A DNA stretch of 63,819 nucleotides, filler included, from Octopus bimaculoides (Eukaryota), in assembly GCF_001194135.2 (NCBI RefSeq). It is 5 parts of 3 records of this genome, joined end to end, with 100 filler letters (N's around TTAATTAATTAA, not from the genome) between each part and the next. Parts side by side here need not be neighbours in the genome. Positions count along the whole stretch, not along the records: positions 1 to 7,873 come from NC_068982.1; positions 7,974 to 14,952 come from NC_069006.1; 3 more parts are not named here. The stretch is one strand, 5' to 3'. Under the pieces are notes generated by a model that had not been told where the DNA came from, ran no database searches, and saw only the letters and a program-made list of their open reading frames with translations. Positions 1 through 13,995 of the stretch are shown one piece after another (the first letter of the stretch is position 1; each line of letters starts with the position of its first letter). The translations under genes were made by a program, and so were the position numbers.

Positions 1-225
1 ATATATATATATATACATATACATATGTGAGTGTGTGTATGTGTGTGTGTATAAAAACGGAAAGATAAAAGATATACGTATATATATACAATCACGCATA
101 CAAACATACATATACACATACGTAAATACATACATACACTCATATACACACACATACATACATACATACATACATACATACATACATGCATACATACATA
201 CATATATGCATGCACCCATACATAT
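1..225. repeat. Compound (TA)n/(TG)n/(TACA)n microsatellite
   Basis: Direct reading; source of the spurious 35..250 ORF (HTYI repeats). Confidence 0.95.
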
Positions 226-313
226 TACATTTTGTTATGCATATCTCTAGCTGAATACTTTTCTAGCAATCGACGTGGAAGATTTTAAGCACACACACTC
301 ACATATACATATA

Positions 314-425
314 TACGAAGGGTTGCTAAAAAGATCCTGGCTTTCGGTAAAACCTAATAGAGGAATATTAGTTAAGTATGTTTTTATTCAACATATTCCC
401 CTGCCAGATTCGTAGTCATTAGCAC
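314..425 (+). mobile_element. Mariner-type MITE, left-end fragment
   Basis: TACGAAGGGTTGCTAAAAAGATCCTGGCTTT and downstream TTTTATTCAACATATTCCC match the left end of the complete MITE at 29123-29342. Confidence 0.6.
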
Positions 426-562
426 TGGTGCTTCTGCCGCTTAACCCGTTGCTGCCTGTTTCGTTGCTATTGTTGTCGTAGATCTTGTTGGAGGAACTGC
501 TACTGCTAATACTCTGACTGCTAATACTTTGACTTAAACAATTGTAATTAATATTATCATTG

Positions 563-632
563 AAGGCAGAGAGCTGGCGCATTCGATAGCACGCCGGACT
601 AAATGCTTGGCGGTATTTCGCCCGTCGCTATT
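563..632 (+). mobile_element. tRNA-derived SINE family B, head fragment
   Basis: AAGGCAGAGAGCTGGCGCATTCGATAGCACGCCGGACTAAATGCTTGGCGGTATTTCG matches heads of full copies such as 31955-32132. Confidence 0.75.
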
Positions 633-2118
633 CAGAGAATATTGATGAAATTTTGGGGCTAATGCAGTTTTGCATTTATCCTTGAAAAATGCACTTTTTT
701 AGAAAAGGTTTTTCGGTCTCCTACGTTTTAGATGTCGAAGATTACAAATATACAAAAAAAAAAAAAAAAGAAAATTTATTTCAAGCCACGCTCCCACCAT
801 TTAAATTTTTGATTTTGTTTACTTTAAAGAGATCGTAGCGAATTGACGAATATATGCCAATCAAAATATGCCAAGACAAAAAATAACAAAAAATAAAAAT
901 AAAAATAACATTAAAGTGAAAAGAATTTGCGTTTTACTTTTGTTTGCCTTATATAATCGTAAATTATAATTTAATGTAGATTAAATATACACCATTTTAT
1001 GAGAAACAAACATTAATGTTTAATAAATAATGTGATAAAGTTTAATACGGGGCTCAAATTTCACCCCCTTCTTCAATTCTAAATTTTTAACCTTTTCATC
1101 TATTTATGTATATATCTGTCTATGTATTTTTGTCTGGTTATTTATAAAATATATATGTCAACTAAATGTGGTGATCCTATAGAAGGCGTTGTTACAGTTG
1201 TTTTTAGCCCCAGGAAGACATACATATCTATCTATCCCTTTACACACGTATCTAATATTGGAATTTATTGTCATTCACTTCCGGACTGTCTGTTACTGTA
1301 TGAGAATTTTCACTCTGATCGCACGTGTCTCGAGGTGTACTGCTAAATTTCTATTTGGATATATTTGGGGTACTTAAGTGTACACATGAGTTTGCATCTG
1401 CTTGTTCCATGGGTGCAAGCAAGTATTTCATTTATTTCTTAAAGTATATACTGCTTATGATGAGGAAATTCTTTATGAATTAACTCAGAAATCGGACTGA
1501 TTTAGTAATAACGGAATTTTTTACAAACTTCTGTCAGCTTTCTTCGAGACTTGTGCTTATAGTGATGAATCATATGTGGTTATTGACGATTTAAAGTCTA
1601 TTCTCAGCATATTTGGCATAGGATATTTTATTTTGCCCTTATTTATAAAGTTCTTTATTCACATATCTATATTCTTATTGGATTTTGAAAACGTGGTTTC
1701 TTGCATATTCGGAATCAAAAACATGAGGATCCGAACATTTTTTTTGAAACAAATGTATTTTTCAAGGAGAGGTGCGAAACTGCATTAGCCTTCAAATTTT
1801 TGATATCCTTAACATCTGTACATCGTGTATTAATGTTTTAAGTACCTTTCTAAATTAGTTTCATTCATTAGTTTCAGTTTGTCATCTGGACACGTATATT
1901 GAACACTGTTTCAAGACATCTTTTATATCTTTTGAACATTATAGACTTACATAAAACTATATACATACAATAATACCAACAAGCACATATAAACGAAGAC
2001 TCACACACTGACAAGCACACACACTCGCACACACAAAAGGACACAGATAAATAGATGAATACATGAACCGATACAAAGATACATTTAGAGATACATAGAG
2101 ATTTAAATAGATAGATGG

Positions 2119-2119
<1 letters not shown>

Positions 2120-2151
<32 letters not shown>

Positions 2152-2212
2152 AACACACACACACACACACATATATATAGAAAGACAGACATACAGACAT
2201 ACAGGCAGATGA

Positions 2213-2271
<59 letters not shown>

Positions 2272-2291
2272 TATAGATAGATAGATAGATT

Positions 2292-2338
<47 letters not shown>

Positions 2339-2350
2339 TAATAGACAGAT
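2120..2350. repeat. (CA)n plus (GATA)n microsatellites
   Basis: Direct reading. Confidence 0.95.
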
Positions 2351-3099
2351 GGATAGAAACACTTATCTATTTATGGGATATACGTTATATTCTGATCCAT
2401 TTTTTTTATTGCAAACCATTCACATGAGTGAATACAATGCATTTTCGTGCTATTTTAGTATCTTAACATTGTAGAGATTTCTCATATTTATAAATGAATC
2501 TAGGATTATGTTCTAAGCACAATATGGAGACATTCCACTAATACTATATTTAACGTCGTAGAATGAAGGTTATTGCTTGTAGCTGCAACAATAAATTACG
2601 TTAATGTACCATTGAGATCCATGGAAATGAAAGACTTATGTAAAATAAGGCTACTTCAAGTTTGTTACTGAAATATCAGTTAAATTATATGTCGCTTTTT
2701 ATGCAATCCATAACTCATAGCCGCTACTTTATTTAATATACTCAAAAGGTATGTGAAGCACTTTATTCCAGATTAGTACTAAGTATTCCTATTAAGTTTC
2801 GTAATTTACATAAATGTATACACAGATACAAGCACACACACACGCAAACACACACAAATACACACACACACACACACACACATTCGTATGTAGGTTAGAA
2901 TTTAGTGCAGTTCTTGTATGCATGCAATAAAAGAACTCGTTGAAGACTGCAATTCATGTAAATATAAACCATATACTCTCTTATATTAGGCAACTAATTT
3001 CGGTTTATTGTACGCCATCTAAGGTTAGAAAATAAACAGATAGTTGGCAAAAATTCGGGATGATCGGAAAAGGGCTCACATGCTGTTCGCTGTTCGGAA

Positions 3100-3540
3100 T
3101 ACTCATTTACTCTTTTGCTTGTTTCAGTCATTTGACTGTGGCCACGCTGGAGCACCGCCTTTAGTCGAGCAAATCAACCCCAGTACATATTCTTTGTAAG
3201 CCTAGTACTTATTCTATCGGTCTCACTTGCCGAACCACTAAGTTACGGGGACGCAAACACTCCAGCATCGGTTGTCAAGTGATGGTGGGGGGACAAATAC
3301 AGGCAAACACAAACATACACACAAACACACACAAACCCCCCCCCCNNNNNNNNNNNNNNNNACACACACATATATATATATATATACGACGGGCTTCTTT
3401 CAGTTTCCGTCTACCAAATCCACTCACAAGGCTTTGGTCGGCCCGAGGATATAGTAGAAGACACTTGCCCAAGGTGCCACGCAGTGGGACTGAACCCGGA
3501 ACAATGTGGTTGGTAAGCAAGCTACTTACCACACAGCCGC
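3100..3540 (-). mobile_element. tRNA-derived CORE-like SINE family A, near full length, with internal (CA)/(TA) microsatellite
   Basis: Minus strand reads GCGGCTGTGTGGTAAGTAGCTTGCTTACCAACCAC..CCGGGTTCAGTCCC (A/B-box-like) then CACCTTGGGCAAGTG (CORE-like); colinear with 3968-4420 and 11929-12255. Confidence 0.85.
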
Positions 3541-3967
3541 TTCTGAATCTTTCATTTGCAAAATATTTATCTTGAAAAATTATGCTTCTCAAAACCAGAA
3601 AGGAGGAAGCTAATATACATAAAACATACAAATCTACACATACATACATACATACATGCATACATACATACATGCATACATACATACATACATGCATACA
3701 TGCATACATACATACATACACACATATATACATACATACATACATATCTTGTATCTTGGTTAGAAACCGATTTTTTCTCTAATGGCAAGGAATCTCGAAA
3801 TAAAGCGAATAATGACATACATGCATGCATACATACACATATATGTGTGTGCGCGTATTTGTATAAAGTCAAAGTTATTTACATCGCACGTATATACACA
3901 TATATGTGACTATATGCACATATACGTATACACATAGGTGTATATATGGTTGTGTGTATATAGACTT

Positions 3968-4122
3968 CGGAGTGGATATGTGGTAAGTAGCTCGATTCCC
4001 AACCACATCGTTTTGTGTTCAGTCCGACTGCGTGGCACCTTGGGCAAGTGTCTTCTACTATAGCCTCGAGCCGTCCAAAGCCTTGTGAGTGGGTTTGTTG
4101 GACGGAAACTGAAAGAAGTCCA

Positions 4123-4177
<55 letters not shown>

Positions 4178-4420
4178 TGTGTGTCTGCGTGCCTATGTAT
4201 GTATTTTTGTGTCGGTGATTGACCCTGCCTCCATCGCTTAACAACCGCTGTTGTTGTGTTTACGTCCCCGAAATGTAGCGTTTTTTTCCAAAGAAGACCG
4301 ATAGAGTAAGTACTAGGCTTAGAAAGAATAATTTCTGGGGTCTATTTGTCCGAATTAAAGGCGGTGCTTCAGCATGGCCGCAGTCAGAATGACTGAAGAA
4401 ATTTAAAGAATAAAAGAATA
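3968..4420 (+). mobile_element. SINE family A, full length, internal (TG)n tract
   Basis: Same head, CCTTGGGCAAGTGTCTTCTACTATAGCC core, internal TG repeat at 4125-4185, 3' end AAAGAATAAAAGAATA. Confidence 0.85.
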
Positions 4421-5324
4421 TATAAGTGTGTGTGAGTGTGTGTTTGTCTTTATGAAGGGTGGGTGTGTTTGTGTATATGAATACATACACATACATACAT
4501 AATATATATATATATATANNNNNNNNNNNNNNNNNNNNNNNNNNNNNNNNNNNNNNNNNNNNNNNNNNNNNNNNNNNNNNNNNNNNNNNNNNNNNNNNNN
4601 NNNNNNNNNNNNNNNNNNNNNNCATATATCTGTGAAGCCGTCAATACCTACAACTCGGCTTTAGAATGTACAACGGTACTCGTTTAATTGCGATTTTTTT
4701 TTCCAATCAATATTGTTTCTTGGTGTTTTATCTACACGTTTTCGACAATAAAATGAATGAGTCTGTTTTGATGACCAAATAAAAAAGAATTTCTAGAACA
4801 TTCGATATTCAAATGACCAGTGTTCAGTTCCTGCTATACAAATCGTTTGCCTACATATGAGTCACTTAATATTGAAAAATATTACATATTTCCTGTCAAA
4901 TGAATATTAGTAGTAACGTTATTTTTCAAATCGCTATTTGTTGCAAGTTCATTTTATTGAATATGACAATATACTATATTAAATTCAATGATGTGTAACA
5001 TATAATACACATTGTATCGGTATTTTGAAATATATGGGTAAAATACAAATAAAAAAATTATTTCTGTACTTGCATACAGGATGTAATAGACACGCTTTAT
5101 ATATATCCAAACGCACACATATATAAACACACACACACACACGTACTCACACAGAGGCATATAAATGTGTAAATATACACATACTTTTATATATATGTGT
5201 GTCTATACATATATATATATATGCATATATATATAAATATATATATTTATACATATATACATATATATAATATACACGTATTTAAGTCTACATACATACA
5301 TATTGACACATGCAGACATACATG

Positions 5325-5403
<79 letters not shown>

Positions 5404-5799
5404 CCATATAGATGTACTGGGTAATACTTATTGGTTAATTTGCAATATTTACATCATGTATGTAGTATGACGGTATAGATTTTATGTCTGTTTTTTTTTT
5501 CCTACATTGAAATATTCTACAATTAATATTCTCGCTTTGTATAATTCTTTGTTGCTTATTGCTGCTATCAACTATTTATTCATCTGACTTTCTTTCGTCT
5601 TCTAATTTATTAAACCCTGCTATGGCTCCATCTTGTATAGGCATGAGCCTCCAAGGAGAAATTTTTATAATACTTTTAGTCTTTCGCGTATTTTCTTTGC
5701 AGCTTTTCTTGTAACAAAGTAATGCTTACATTTCAACGAAATATATTCTACCGTTGCAAGACTTTACTTGTAAGTGGATAAAAAACTTCTACGTCCAAT

Positions 5800-5842
<43 letters not shown>

Positions 5843-6189
5843 CGTCCCACATTATTAGGTAAATCAACATTCTCTCAATAAATGAATGTATATTCAATCA
5901 AAATCAGTTGTCTTCCCATTGAAGGTTGGCAATACATATCTGCGCATATTGTGCTAAAGTATATCGGATCAGCGCAGACGCTTACAAATGGCAGCCATTT
6001 TTGCGATTGGGCAACATTTTCACCGTCACAAATTATTAGGCAAATATAATGAAAATGATACTTGTGCCACAACAAACACTCATTTAATTCAACAGTAAAG
6101 GCTTAGCAAAATAATAATTCACATGGGACAAAATGGTAAATATAATAATACGTTCGAATGAATATAATCAAGAGATTATGAGGTCATAC

Positions 6190-6807
6190 AGCTTTTAATG
6201 TTTAATGTGTGATCCATCACATGCAATAACCTTCCATTGAATTCGTCAAGGTGATCATGTCCTCCTGTGTCAAGTTTTGACCAGCATCTACAATAGCATC
6301 CCAGAGGGCAACTTTCCTTTGAAACTGCCGTCCATCTTGGTAAGTGCGCCTCTGCAGGACACTCCACATGTTTTCAATAGGGCTTACTCAATTCAGAAGA
6401 ACAAGGTGGCCACTCCATCAAACGACTTCCAGAGAAGCCTACAGCTTCAGGTTTTCATTAGAATTATTCGCTGCATAGGACGGGGCATTATCTTGCACGG
6501 AGGCCCGCTTTCTCTTGAATGAAAGGTTTTGCGTTTTGAGCCAGGGTTCGAAATAAGGTAACATGTGCTATCAATATGTCATCTTTATGCCGTCTGGGAT
6601 TTCCCATGACCCGACCAGCAAAGCACCAACGACGCCAACCCAAAATATGACCTCACCTCCCTCATGTTAGCGTCTCAAACTATGAGAGCGGTTCCCGCTG
6701 ATTGATACCCAACATTTAATCCGGCCATCCGGTCCGTCAAGGGTAGCACAGCATTCGTCAGTGAACAGAACCATTGAAAAACTTATCTTCATGTATTCTT
6801 TTACCCA
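6190..6807 (-). mobile_element. Tc1-family DDE transposase pseudogene (catalytic domain)
   Basis: Minus-strand translation WVKEYMKISFSMVLFTDECCATLDGPDG...VQDNAPSYAA...SPIENMWSVLQRRTYQDGRQF; Tc1 FTDE, QDNAP and PIEN-W motifs with stops and frameshifts. Confidence 0.85.
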
Positions 6808-7873
6808 TTATATATATATATATGATAACCATCAGCAAAGACTGGAAGAGTCCTCACTGCTTATCTATATTACTATCACTAAGATTCAGTAGAATCTGAT
6901 AATTTAGCTCAATCTCCACCTACATCCTTTTCTGTACAGATTCCCTGGTGTTAGGTTAATCCAAGGTGTAGATCATATTTAAGCAATAGATATTACAAGA
7001 AAAGCAAACGTCAATGTAAACTCGACAAATGTAAGTTGGGACGCTGTTGCAAGTATATTTGATGCGAAAATACAAAAGAATTCCTGTCAGTTTACCATGC
7101 ATTTTCAAGAATTAGGAGTGCCACACTTCAGAGTACTTGAAAGAATATGCACAAAAAAACATATATAGTTTCTCGTAACGAATGACCTGAAATTTATCAA
7201 TGGAATATGTTATGAAAACTAAAATACGCTGCAACTGCGTATGCACATAATACAACACGCGAGTGGTAATTTATAGCATTCAGAAAGAATTAAACAGCAA
7301 ACAATTTCAATTTGGCGAAGTTGATTGTATCAGCTATACTACTAGCCAAATGATCCATCGATGTGTAGAACAATATGATGCAAACATTACTTCGTGCAGT
7401 GACAAATAGATCCTGACGTGATAACTGATTTAGAGTGCTCACTGTTCGAGCAAAATTAAGCAGAGCAAATTGATAGATATGACAACAATTATTTTGTAAT
7501 ATGTATCTATCTCGAGCAAGCTCGTATCTTTCCTTTAATATGGAAAACAGAAAGGATGCAATTGTAGTATACATGTATGCAGATAAATGTCTTAATGAAT
7601 ACCCACGCACCGACTACCAACTGAGGATCTCACGCATAGTATTATAATAACCTACCATCATACACGTGTGTATGTGTGTATGTCTGTGCGTGTGCGTTCC
7701 CGTGCATACATGTACTATTACATCAATATTTTTGTTTATTTGCATTCCACATAAATAAAGCCTACTTGTGTTTATCAGCTCTATTACTCATATTTATTAT
7801 GCATTGTGTACAAAGTTTATATCTATCTATCTATATAAATAAATAAATAAATATATATATATATATATATATA

Positions 7874-7973
7874 NNNNNNNNNNNNNNNNNNNNNNNNNNN
7901 NNNNNNNNNNNNNNNNNTTAATTAATTAANNNNNNNNNNNNNNNNNNNNNNNNNNNNNNNNNNNNNNNNNNNN
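7874..7973. other. Artificial scaffold-join spacer N44-TTAATTAATTAA-N44
   Basis: Same 100 bp construct at 14953, 40405 and 57334; the palindromic 12-mer has stops in all six frames. Confidence 0.9.
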
Positions 7974-8013
<40 letters not shown>

Positions 8014-8637
8014 TGCCACTTACACATACATGAGAACACAAGCGTTCACTCACTCATACAACTCTCTCTTTCTCTCCCTTTCACACATGCACACGTACAT
8101 ACAAAAAAGATTTATGCGTATGTATTGATGTATTTACGTATACATGACAACACACCTCTTCACTCATTGTCTCTCTTTTTTCTCTCTCTTCCTCTTCCTC
8201 TCTCTATTTCATATACACGTACATACATCTTTTACTTTCTCCTCTCTTTCACTCTTAAACAAAAGTAAATAAATAAACACATTTTACGGAAATTAACGAA
8301 CTCAGGATGATGAAATCACATTCAGTTAAACATATTTCTAAATGGTTAAAATGCTGTGTACGTCAAAAAGTAGACGGTTTTTTTCTTAGAGATCACGAAG
8401 ATTATGTGTGTGTATATGTCACAGATAGTGGACGTGTGTTTGTGTTGATTGACACGCCTTGACATTCATTATATGTGTGTGTATTCTGTACCTGTATTGA
8501 CGTCACAAGGTCGAATTTGTTTTCTATCCCGTCGGAGTCAGTAAAGTAAGACAACAAGAAAGTTCTGGGGTCGATGGTATCGTCAAATCCACTTCCACTA
8601 TAAATAATCTCCTTGTTCCAGAATTTGAAACCATAAA

Positions 8638-9050
8638 AAAAGGTGGCGAGGTGGCAGAATTGTTAACGCGTCAGACAAAATGCTTACGGGCATTTCGTCC
8701 GCCTTTATACTCTGAGTTCAAATTCTACCGAGGTCGACTTTGCCTTTCATCGTTTCGGGGGTCGAGCAAATGAGTGACAACTGAGCACAGCGATCGAAAC
8801 TGCCGACCTTGTGCTGGAGAGGTGACAGGTTCGTTAGCACGCGGAGCAAAATGCTTAGCGGTTTGTCATCCGCCTCTACGTTCTGAATTCAAATTCTGCC
8901 GACGTCGAATTTGCCTTTCATTTTTTCGGGGTCGATGAAATAAGTACCAGTTGAATGCTGGGGTCGATGCAGTCGACTAATCCCCTTCCTTAAAATTTCA
9001 AGCTTTGTGCTTTTAGTAGAAAGGATTATTATCATTATTATTATTATTAT
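8638..9050 (+). mobile_element. Two tandem SINE family B copies ending in an (ATT)n tail
   Basis: GAGTTCAAATTC..CCGAGGTCGACTTTGCCTTTCATC..TTCGGGGTCGA core occurs twice; tail AGTAGAAAGGATTATTATC. Confidence 0.85.
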
Positions 9051-9678
9051 TATTTGCAATGTTTCAGCTGAATGAAAATGAGTTAAATGTAAAACTTTGA
9101 ACCATTTTGATTTTTTGAAGTTAAAAAGTAATTATAAAATGATATTCCTGTTCCTGTCAATATACTTTTGTCATTTTCAATAAGCCAACCAACATTTCCT
9201 AAGGTAGATGGACCATAAGAGTCCAAATACAGATAATTTTTCCTTAGAATTTCTCAATAATTCCACTATTGATACAAAAACGTCTTCATTTTATAAACGA
9301 TAAATGTATATAACTTTCTGTGTGTTCTTTCGTGTTGTGGGGATTCTATTAACAGATGTATATTGTGTATAAGTGTATTATTATATGTATATGTGTTTTA
9401 GTGTGTAGTGTTTGTAGGAGGTCTATATATATATATATGCCAACCCGCTATATTCGTGTTTGGGGTGGAAGATGTTTGCTGATAATACATGTGTGTGTGT
9501 GTGTGTGTGTGCGTGTGTGTGAACTTCATCTACAGAACTCCCACACTGTCTTTTTCTCTAATTTTCCCTCTATCAGTGATTGTTTTTATCATACAAAGAT
9601 TTAATACACAATTTTCCGCACACATTTTTCTTCCCTCATGCCCTTCTCTTCCTTTGACCATTTACAATTTTTTACCGG

Positions 9679-9731
<53 letters not shown>

Positions 9732-10534
9732 ACACACACACACACAGATCGCTAATTTATATAGAGAGATATAAATGTGTTTGTTTCTGAGCATACCTAG
9801 TAACCATTCCTACTAGCAGTGTCATCTCATTCTTTAAGAAGCTGTTTGAATATATAATATTTGAGAGAAAGCAATATATATTTTAATATAGCCGTGCATA
9901 AACATAGCAAACACAAAGCAGGTGTAACTTTTTAATAGCAGTTTTGGATCGATAAATTATTTAACATATTTGAATATTTCCAATACATTATTATTATAAT
10001 AATGATGTGTATAATCCACAATCAAATTCATTCAAGCAGATCTCTCAATCTCTCTCCCTCTCTCCTTGTCTCTCCCTCTCTCCTTGTCTCTCCCTCCTTC
10101 CCTCCTCCACATATACATATGCATATACACATGTTCCTAATATATTATGCTTGTGTATAATTGAAAATACGATGATGTGTCAATTTCTTTGTCGTTACAT
10201 TAACAAAAAAAAGCTATTATGGTATGATTATTTGATAGTAAATACATATACATATATTAAATATGCTAGTTTTCCGCTAATAAGGCTTGGTACCATTTGT
10301 CTTGTTGCCATATGCGTACATACATACATACATACACACATATGCATACGCGCACATACACAAATATTCACTCATACATCCACACGCACACGTGTTTATA
10401 TCCACATATAAACAGGAGTGCGAACTCGCTATCGTAAAGGTAAAGCTTAACAGTTATATTCGTATGTGTGTGTGTGCTCCGTGTGCACCATTTGAACGTG
10501 TGCACAGGTTCAGACCAAGAACCTCAAATGGAGG

Positions 10535-11180
10535 ATGCCTGGAATGGTTTGCAAACATTCAATCTCCTTCTAATCGATTGTATTTGAGGCCTGCTAATCT
10601 GTTTACTTTGTTGTCTTTAGGAGAAGCGAAACGCCCCTAGGATTTTATGTAAATCTGTTGTTACGTAACCCATTACACAAGAAATAGGTACACAGGAAAA
10701 TCTAAAGCATGTATGTTAGAACTGTCTGTTTCTCCATAGATCTTCTGCTTTTACCCAACTTTTGATGAACCTTCACATCCGCTGGGCAACTGAGCTCCAC
10801 AAAAGTGCATGACTTTTGCTCCTTGCCCTATAGCACGACAGCTAGCCTATTGTACTTACATTGGGTTGATGCTTTTATCGGAATATTCTTAATTTTGAAA
10901 GATGTAGATGCATTCTGGTTGTGCTGTCACTTTGTATGGCCAAGGAATATCTTAACCTGAGATTAGCTTTTTAGATATCTCCGGGAAAGGTAGTATATTA
11001 GAGACATTTTTTGGTCTCCGCAAGATATTATCTGCTGCTGATGTAAGCGATATTTGCCACACTGCTATGGCACAATCGACACTTTCTATCATCTCATGGG
11101 AGGCTTACAAATACACCTGTGTCTCTCTTGTTCATCGTTATTCCTCGTTCCTGGTTTGCAAAGGTTTCACCTTTTAGGTG
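10535..11180 (-). mobile_element. R4/Dong-clade non-LTR retrotransposon 3' fragment (Cys/His knuckle plus RLE endonuclease), decayed
   Basis: Minus strand with frameshifts: DRKCRLCHSSVANI..PKMSLIYYL..TQCKYNRLAVV..CTFVELSCPADVK..MGYVTTDLHKILG..PQIQSI..VCKPF. Confidence 0.75.
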
Positions 11181-11295
11181 AGGTGTGATGTATTTATCGG
11201 AAGCTCAGGAGTGTGTATGCATGCATGCATATATCTATGTGTTTATGTCTGTGTATGTATATGTGTATTGTAAACATATCTGAGAATATATAACA

Positions 11296-11367
<72 letters not shown>

Positions 11368-11928
11368 NNNNNNNNNNNNNNNNNNNNNNNNNNNNNNNNN
11401 NNNNNNNNNNNNNNNNNNNNNNNNNNNNNNNNNNNNNNNNNNNNNNNNNNNNNNNNNNNNNNNNNNNNNNNNNNNNNNNNNNNNNNNNNNNNNNNNNNNN
11501 NNNNNNNNNNNNNNNNNNNNNNNNNNNNNNNNNNNNNNNNNNNNNNNNNNNNNNNNNNNNNNNNNNNNNNNNNNNNNNNNNNNNNNNNNNNNNNNNNNNN
11601 NNNNNNNNNNNNNNNNNNNNNNNNNNNNNNNNNNNNNNNNNNNNNNNNNNNNNNNNNNNNNNNNNNNNNNNNNNNNNNNNNNNNNNNNNNNNNNNNNNNN
11701 NNNNNNNNNNNNNNNNNNNNNNNNNNNNNNNNNNNNNNNNNNNNNNNNNNNNNNNNNNNNNNNNNNNNNNNNNNNNNNNNNNNNNNNNNNNNNNNNNNNN
11801 NNNNNNNNNNNNNNNNNNNNNNNNNNNNNNNNNNNNNNNNNNNNNNNNNNNNNNNNNNNNNNNNNNNNNNNNNNNNNNNNNNNNNNNNNNNNNNNNNNNN
11901 NNNNNNNNNNNNNNNNNNNNNNNNNNNC

Positions 11929-12019
11929 CGTGATACTTATTCTACCACTTTCTTGCCGAACCGCTGAGTTACGGGGACGTAAACACACCAGTACCGGTTG
12001 TCAAGTGGTGGTGGTGAAG

Positions 12020-12092
<73 letters not shown>

Positions 12093-12255
12093 CATACATA
12101 TACGACGGGCTTCTTTCAGTTTCCATCTACTAAATCTACTCACAAAGCTTTGGTCAGCCAGAGGCCATAGTAGAAGACACGTGCCCAAGGTGCCACGCGG
12201 TGGAACTGAACCTGGAACGATGTGGTCGGGAAGCAAGCCACTTAACACACAGTCA
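11929..12255 (-). mobile_element. SINE family A, partial (runs into gap)
   Basis: Colinear with 3230-3540 including internal CA/TA tract. Confidence 0.85.
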
Positions 12256-13500
12256 CATGTGATGTGTCCCCCATTATTGTCTGCATTGTGTTGAGATAGC
12301 CATAAAAGGAAGGAAAAACAAACAAAAACAAAAAAAATTGATCTCGTCAAATCGAGATTTCTTTGTCCAATATATTTCTGTGGGAATCTTCCGTTTGAAA
12401 ACGATCGAACGAGCATAGCATAATGTAAATGCAAGTCATGTGATTCTCTCATGTTGTAATGACGCTTCATCCTAACGGATATCATGTGATTCACTCATGT
12501 CACGTGCTTCTTCCCTCCTTCTCTTAGCATTACAATGTGTTGCTCCTTCTCCTTTAGCAATTCTCCAGCCACATTTATCTCTTTAGTCCAGGTAATTCAC
12601 TCATGAACAAGAAATCTATCGTCTACACGACAATGTACATGGTCGAATAAATCTATTCATTTGGCCAAATTTGAAACGTTTTACACCAAATCCTATGGCA
12701 GGTCACCAAAGCACTACATAGTTCTCTGCTTTATCTCACCTACCCATCCTTGTCATCAATCCTCCTCTGACCCAGGAGTGACCTCCCTTGCTGTCTTATT
12801 TGTAAGTTTTCATATTCTTAACTGGATTAAGAAAGTTTATGTTGTCCAGAGTTGGCGTTGCGTACTTAGATTTTAGCGACATTAGAAGATTGCTTAGTTT
12901 ACCTAGCGCCGTCCCTATTTAAGATCAGTTAGCCCCTCTCTTCTGTTCACTTTGTGATCGGTTCCGGATACAGTTCTGTGTTAATGTGGTGGCCTGCTGC
13001 TGGTTATACTTACTATTAAAACCTGCGACGACTCGTTTTTTTTTTTGTCTACAAGAACACATGTTGTAGTACTTCTACACACACTCATAATATGGGGAGG
13101 AGTTACGGTCTCTGAAAAGGTTGCGGATGACAAAGTAAAACTTTGATGAACAAAACAAAAAGCAAAACAAAAGATTGTTTAACAAACAAGTTAAACAAAC
13201 AATCGATTAGTTAGTTGAATAGATATTTAACCAATTAATTAATAATAAAAAAGNNNNNNNNNNNNNNNNNNNNNNNNNNNNNNNNNNNNNNNNNNNNNNN
13301 NNNNNNNNNNNNNNNNNNNNNNNNNNNNNNNNNNNNNNNNNNNNNNNNNNNNNNNNNNNNNNNNNNNNNNNNNNNNNNNNNNNNNNNNNNNNNNNNNNNN
13401 NNNNNNNNNNNNNNNNNNNNNNNNNNNNNNNNNNNNNNNNNNNNNNNNNNNNNNNNNNNNNNNNNNNNNNNNNNNNNNNNNNNNNNNNNNNNNNNNNNNN

Positions 13501-13995
13501 ATATATAATACAAAATGGGACAAGAACGCAAAACATCCAGACAGGTGATACAAAAAAGGGACGACAAAGCATCCAGATAGACGATACAAAGAAAACAAGA
13601 ATGGGTCATTCAGAGTTTTCTTTCCTCAGTCGAGTTCCAGGTTATCTTTGCAATTTCGACTGGTTATAATTGAGATTGCTCCAATTTGGCCAGCTCCAAG
13701 GAAAAACTAAGCTAAGAGCATTAGATTTCTTGGAAGAGAGCAGTGAATGTATACGAAAACAAGGACGGAAAAACAAAACGGAGAATGTTACACAAATACA
13801 AATAACAGGGCATAACAACAGGTGTCTTTCGACTAAGAACGAATTAAATTAAACTGACGTATGTGGAAATAAAGCCTTACGACAGGGATACAAGATTTCA
13901 CAGGCGCAGGGAGAAATATAGATGTTGCACGGACGACGGCCGAACCAAGAAAGATCAGGCTTGACCGAACACCGGTCATGTGAGAGAGAAGAGAG
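13501..13995 (-). mobile_element. Copy of the direct-repeat (Penelope-like) element family
   Basis: Reverse complement is colinear with ~58250-58740 (CCTCAGTCGAGTTCCAG, CTAAGCTAAGAGCA, CAGGCTTGA..ACCGGTCA blocks). Confidence 0.8.
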
